From Octopus vulgaris (taxonomy: Eukaryota), in the NCBI GenBank assembly GCA_951406725.2, contig OX597816.1, positions 109,244,001-109,308,000 of the forward strand: 64,000 bases of DNA, written 5' to 3'. Positions 58,096 to 64,000 of this stretch are shown here, one piece after another (the stretch's first letter is position 1; each line of letters begins with the position of its first letter). The position numbers and the translations under genes were made by a program. The notes beneath the pieces are model-generated. The model made no database searches, was not told the DNA's origin, and saw only the letters and a list, made by a program, of their open reading frames with translations.

Positions 58096-58588
58096 ATCAT
58101 GTACGTTGTTTTGTCGTGGTATAAAAGATGAGCTACAGCAAATATTCTGCTCAATACCACAGATTTACTTGTTAGTTGTTTGTCCTCAACCAGTTGAGCA
58201 TGTCCCTTAGTGGCTGACGATATGTGCATCTCTAATAATGGGCAGAAGTAGTGGGGGAGCGTCATAGCCATGTGTTGAAAGGGATTCTTTGGGCTTTGAA
58301 TAATTGACCTCTGGAAACATGGGTGTTTCGTTCAACATCCTTAAACAACCCTTATTCAGGGACCTTTTGAGTTGGATGGGCTACTCAACCAGAAGAAAAT
58401 TCTAACTGGGCCCCACCTGCAAAGTCATGTGTTGTTTATCTTGATTTGAGATCACCATGTCGCGCACATGTGGTTGTGATGCATGTGCCTAGTGTATCCT
58501 TATCAGACGGGTAGTCATGATGGGTATACTGGGTTTCGTATATTTTACCCCAGTGATACTTTGATGGCATGCACTGCTCTCTCACTCA
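58096..58588 (+). mobile_element. Repeat family C, 5'-truncated, ending in (AAT)n
   Basis: Colinear with 14473-15010. Confidence 0.85.
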
Positions 58589-58829
58589 ATAATAATACTT
58601 TTAAATTCTTTAAAGAATGAAAGGTACAGTCTACCTAGTTGGGATTTGAAATCAGAACGTAAAGAGCCAGAAGAAAATGCTGCTATGCATTTTGTCAGAG
58701 GCGCTACCGATTCTGCCAACCAACCAGCCAACCAGCCAACGAACCAACCATCGCCACCATCATTACTACCGCCAGCAGGATTAGCATCGCCGCTTGTAGT
58801 TAACAGCTGGCAGGTAGGAATTTATGTAC

Positions 58830-58873
<44 letters not shown>

Positions 58874-59339
58874 AGGAAGAGAGAGAGAGAGAGTGAGAGA
58901 GAGTGAGAGAGAGAGAGAGAGGGAGGGGGAGAGAGCTACGAACTATAGAACGTCTGTTGAGAAAAAAATATTCCGTAGTTTCACAGAATTTGTACAATGA
59001 TAAGGCAAAAATATGTGCTAAAATACGGTTGACGAAACTTTAGTTAAATATGAAGCGAACTCGGTAGAAAGTTACGACTACTTAATCAAGTAAATGTTGA
59101 TATACTGGATAATTAGTTTTAGGTCTATGATTTGTGAGTTCAGTTTCAACAACGGTTAATGTCTTTTTTTCTTTTTTTTTTTGCTTTTGAACACTTATTT
59201 CAGAAAACATCACGTACTTTTGTGAGAAATATAGTCGTATCTGTATAAGTTGTATAGAAACCGGATTTAAATTCAGAACCCTCTTTGAAGCCTTAGGGTT
59301 CATGGAATATATGTCAGCTTAGTTGTTTTCAATTCAAAC

Positions 59340-59691
59340 CGGATGCATCAACACCACCGCCATAACCAAATTCGTCCTTATTGTCCTTCAACCTTATCAT
59401 CCTCATCATCTGTACAACTTCAACTGCCATTACCATCACCACCATCACCATCAATACAATATCGCCAGCACACCCCCATAATCATCATCATCATCACCAT
59501 CGTCATCATCATCATCATCATCATCAGCTGAAACCACACCACCGCCACGTGAATCACTATTAATGACCTAGAACAATTACCGTCATTACTTATGCAACAC
59601 CCACCTTAATCATGTCATAAACATCATCAATATTACCCATATAACCACCTCAACAACAGTTACCACCACCACCACCACCACCACCACCACC

Positions 59692-59725
<34 letters not shown>

Positions 59726-59875
59726 TCACCACCATCACCACCAAACCACTATTATTATTAGCGCCATTATTTTAACGATCCCATCCACCATCACTCCACA
59801 CCACCGCCTCCGCCACCGCCGCTGCCGCCGCCGCCGCCGACACCACCACCACCACCACCACCACCACCACCACCA
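59340..59875. repeat. (CAT)n/(CAC)n/(GCC)n low-complexity tract
   Basis: Directly visible. Confidence 0.85.
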
Positions 59876-60435
59876 TTTTCAACATTATCTTCACGGCAAA
59901 TACCGGAACTGAGTGTTAATGCTTTTATGTTAAAAATATTTTCTGTTTGCCAAAATTTTCAGTAAACAAAAATGAGACATGGATATTCGTGGTGGCGCCA
60001 AAAGAAATGAGAATATATGACAACCAGACGTTTGTCACGTGTACCTTTGATATATCATCAACAAATCCTAGCAGAGAATCAGAACTACACTTCGAACTCA
60101 ATTCATCAAGAATCTATTGCTTCTTGTCACTCACCTCGTTACCTCGTGCATTAGCCAGGAAGGGAGCTTTCATATGGAAGCTCACCGCTAGATAGTATGC
60201 TTATTACGCAATAAAATAAGGGGACAGTCAAGATGAGGAATCTCAAATAAAGGCTTAGCTTCTCCTTGTGCCATAGATCTTTACATATATATCTAATGAA
60301 ACTAACAAACAACTGAATACTCTTTTTTAAAGCCTTCCATCTAGAAACACTATTGAAATCATTCTTCTTCTTCTTCTTCTTCTTCTTCTTCTTCTTCTTC
60401 CCCGAATTTCGGGCCTTCTGCCTATAATAGAAAGG

Positions 60436-60471
<36 letters not shown>

Positions 60472-63299
60472 TGACTTCTTCTTTACATTTTAAATTCATG
60501 AAATGTAACTAAAATAACTGTGATTTTAAAAAATATCATTTAAAATGGTGTATGGTGGAGTGATTGTGTATGACAGGAGATTTGGTTTCTGATTCCTGTT
60601 GCAATCTCGAGGTTTATTCTTGGGTCGACTCACTAGAACAGGCTTGGCAATGTCCCTTGACTGTGAAGATATCCTACATTGAAATTTCTGAAATATAAGA
60701 ATATACAAAAAAACGTGAAAAAAACCCCACAAAATATAATGAAGACATTGCGAGAAAAATTTACAAAATGTAGAAGAAAAATATAAAAAAGCAAAATGAA
60801 GATAGCGTGTTTATTAGGAAATGGCGTGTCAAAGTAAGCGGGAGTGAATGTAGACATGGAGGCGTGTTGAGAAAGAGAAATATGGGGGCTGTAGGTGATG
60901 GGGTGAGTGGGTAATAGTGGCTGTAAAAGTAAGAACTGTGATGTAAGTAGATTGGTAGTGGTAATAGTGAGAGATAACGACGAGGATGACAACGCTGACG
61001 ATGAGGATTGCATCAGTTGTAATGTTAATGGAAGGTCGGGGAGTTGTTTGTGAGGGCTGGACAAACGGTGGTGCCTGAAGAAATTATGGGAAATCAAAAA
61101 TCACGAGAGGAATAGGTAAGAAGAAGAAGAAGAAGAAAATTTCAAAGACAAGCGAGAAAGGAAAAAAAAATTACTTCAGAAGGAATTGAAAATAACAGAA
61201 AACTAAGAAATTAAAAAATTGAAAAAAAAAAAATAATTGTAAGGTTGATAAAAATACAAAAGATATAAATATAAATATGAATCAGAAAAGAAATATTAAA
61301 GAAAGGAGAAAGAAAGACAGATAGAAAGAGAGGAAGAGAGGGAGACGCAAAGAGGGAGAGAGACAGATGGAGAGAGTCATTCATAGTCAAAATCTTAAGT
61401 TTGATGAATGTTGAGTATACATATGCATTTTAACATGATATTTGAATGACATTGACCCTGTGAGTTCGTACAATGATACGGAACTGTTAGAAGACTTAAA
61501 TCATTCCTCTTAATGTTTATTTTCGGATAATTACTTGTAAGAAGTAATAATACATGATTGAGCGACGATATGCTTACACATGATCGACTACGCCGTAATG
61601 ATTTTCATCACGCGAAATAGTATTAGTCAAAATGCATGTAACCTGATATAGAACAGTCTCGGGTTTATGAAAAGTGATGATTGACTGAGATTAAATGATA
61701 TCATGTTGAATAATGTGCATAAGGTGATAGCAGGATAATTGTATATTTTCGTGCACACATAGTTAACAGTATAAATTTTTGTGATTAGAAATATCTCTCA
61801 ATGAGTGACAACTGTGAGGTTGTTGGTTTTGTCGTTGTCGTCGTTGTTGTGGTTGTTATAGTTGATGTTGCTTAGTCTTTGTTTAGCTTAGACTTGTTTG
61901 AACATATTTATGAACAAAGGCATTGCAGACGTGATAAATTTTGTCTACTTTTTGAAAAATCCGTCAACTATTCTGACGCTCTCTTTTTGCCGAACAGCAA
62001 AGTTACGAAGACATAAACAAACGAACGGCTGTTGTCAAACCAAAGTATAGAGTAACCATAACATTAATGTAAAAATGTTTTAAATATTATAACTGAACAT
62101 AAAAACAAACATTAATGAATGTTTGATTTTGCACGTTAACTTCACGAGCAGGCTGTTCCGTTGATCGTATCAGCTGGGACTCACGACGTCGTAACCGAGT
62201 GTTCCTATATATATATATATACATACACACATATATACATGCATATATATGCATGCATGCGCGTGTAACAAGCTTCTAGTTTCTAGTCACCTATTCACTG
62301 ACAAGGTATTGGTTAATTCAAGGTTCTGCACAGTTAGTCTGAAACCGGAATCACGTGGCTGCGAATCGATCTTCTTACTCACACAACCGTTATACAATAT
62401 ATTCTTCTTAAGATGATGGATTTGAAGAGTATTTGACAGCTATTTCGTGCAGTTCAAATAACCACAATGAGCTTTCTGGTCAGCTTAGTAGGTTGCTTAT
62501 ATGAAGCGATAATGAGTGATGTGACATACATGCATTTTTCATATACATTAATAGTGTAAAGGTTGTGAAATATCTACACTTGTGAGACATGTGTCGCCGG
62601 GAAATTACCCCGATACTTAATGGCAGATGCAGGGATAGGAGCTTTTTTAGTGACAAGAATAAAATGCAGATGCTAATTTTCTATACAAAGTAGAATAGTA
62701 TGAGTAAATACGGTAAGCAAGTTCATTATGTAAAAAATAGGTATTGAGTCAAGACTAAAAATGTGAAGACTTGGTAACAACTTAGGCAATAACTCAAGCA
62801 AATTTTACTGTGAAATTGTTATAGGTAGATTTTAGTGAAATATATAACTATTTTTTTTATTATTCTATTTATTGTACTAACTAGCAATATGTTATGACTA
62901 TTTTTATAACTTATTTTTTAATTTCTAATTATTAATTAATAATTAAAAATGATTTTTTCTAAAGTGCCAAAAATATTTTGAGTTATTTTTATTTTCAATA
63001 GAAGTAACAAGTAATATCAAATAAAAGTAATAACTTGCAATAAAATTTTTAATTTTAATAGAAGCTAATATTTTCTAAATTCAAATATTTTATTTGAAAT
63101 TTTATCCTTAGCCGCAATATTTTAAGTAAAAATTTTCATATTCTCTACTTTGTCAGATGTAATAACTTGTACTGAACTTTTCCAGGTTTATAATCTTAAG
63201 AATATTATTTCTCTTGCTCGCCTTTTTCCATGTAATAACAATATTTTGGGAATGTTCTTATGATAATATTTTGTGGGATTTTACATGTGTCTGGATGTC

Positions 63300-64000
63300 T
63301 GGAAGTAAGTTCTCTGACTGTGGTTGTAGATTTTCGGGTTGAGTGATTACAAACTGTGCCTTACGCACGCGCAGGTGGTCTTCCAATTTGAGTATTTTTT
63401 TGTCAGTGCGTGTTGTTTGTGCTATGACACAACTGCGCTGTTTTATATTCTTTGTAGTTTATTGTGGCATGTTGTGAAAACACTGGGGCACTGACAGAAC
63501 TAAGCCTAGTCAATGACATTGTTCTTCCACCAGTGTTGTTGTTTCTTTCGGTTGACTAAATGTGGTACCAGTAATTGTTCCAGTTATGTTTGTGATTCGT
63601 TCCAGTTGTATGTGTGCCGTGAAAGTTTCAAACAAGTTGTGCCTATCATTTAGTATCTTCTCCTCTGTGTGTGCGTGTTCTGTAGCTATGCTGTTGATTG
63701 TTATTTGTGTTTAGTATTCTCCAGTGTTGCTAATAAAGTCACTGTAAATTTGGTCGATACTATTTTCAGCCCGTTGTTGTAGAGCCAGTTTTGTATGTGA
63801 TTTATGTAGGCTTGGACGAATCGTCTGGACAGTGGTAGGAAGACGTCATATGTGCAAAAAAACTGTCTGTATGTTTGTCTTGTGGAGGTGTAAACGTAGT
63901 GTACATATAAGATAGAAAGGATGGATCTTTGTGGTACTCCACTTGGGAAGTTGTAAGTGCTGGATACTAGTTCTTGTACACTAAATAAACTTGGAGGCTT
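63300..64000 (-). pseudogene. Degenerate LINE reverse transcriptase (APE-type clade), truncated by the window edge
   Basis: Minus strand SGVPQRSILS-ILYVHY (cf. GVPQGSILSP.LY..Y) and AYINHIQNWLYNNGLKIVSTK. Confidence 0.55.

Overview
AT-rich, microsatellite-saturated animal DNA. The SINE and LINE repertoire and the repeat density suggest an octopus (coleoid cephalopod) intronic or intergenic region; this is inference from pattern recognition, not a database match. No host protein-coding gene can be supported, and almost all ORF-track entries are translations of simple repeats. The window holds several tRNA-derived SINE families and R4/Dong-type RLE LINE fragments sitting in (TAA)n. It also holds a young Tx1/L1-type 3' fragment in (CTAT)n, plus relics of mariner, hAT, Penelope RT and another LINE RT. 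The standout signal is a set of small non-coding elements carrying type I hammerhead ribozyme motifs. The best is a TSD-flanked ~595-bp insertion (13469-14063) built from a 353-nt, strongly self-complementary unit with a GUC-type hammerhead, terminal redundancy and an inverted junction copy. It is a candidate retrozyme or viroid-like circular RNA mobilised by Penelope-like machinery.
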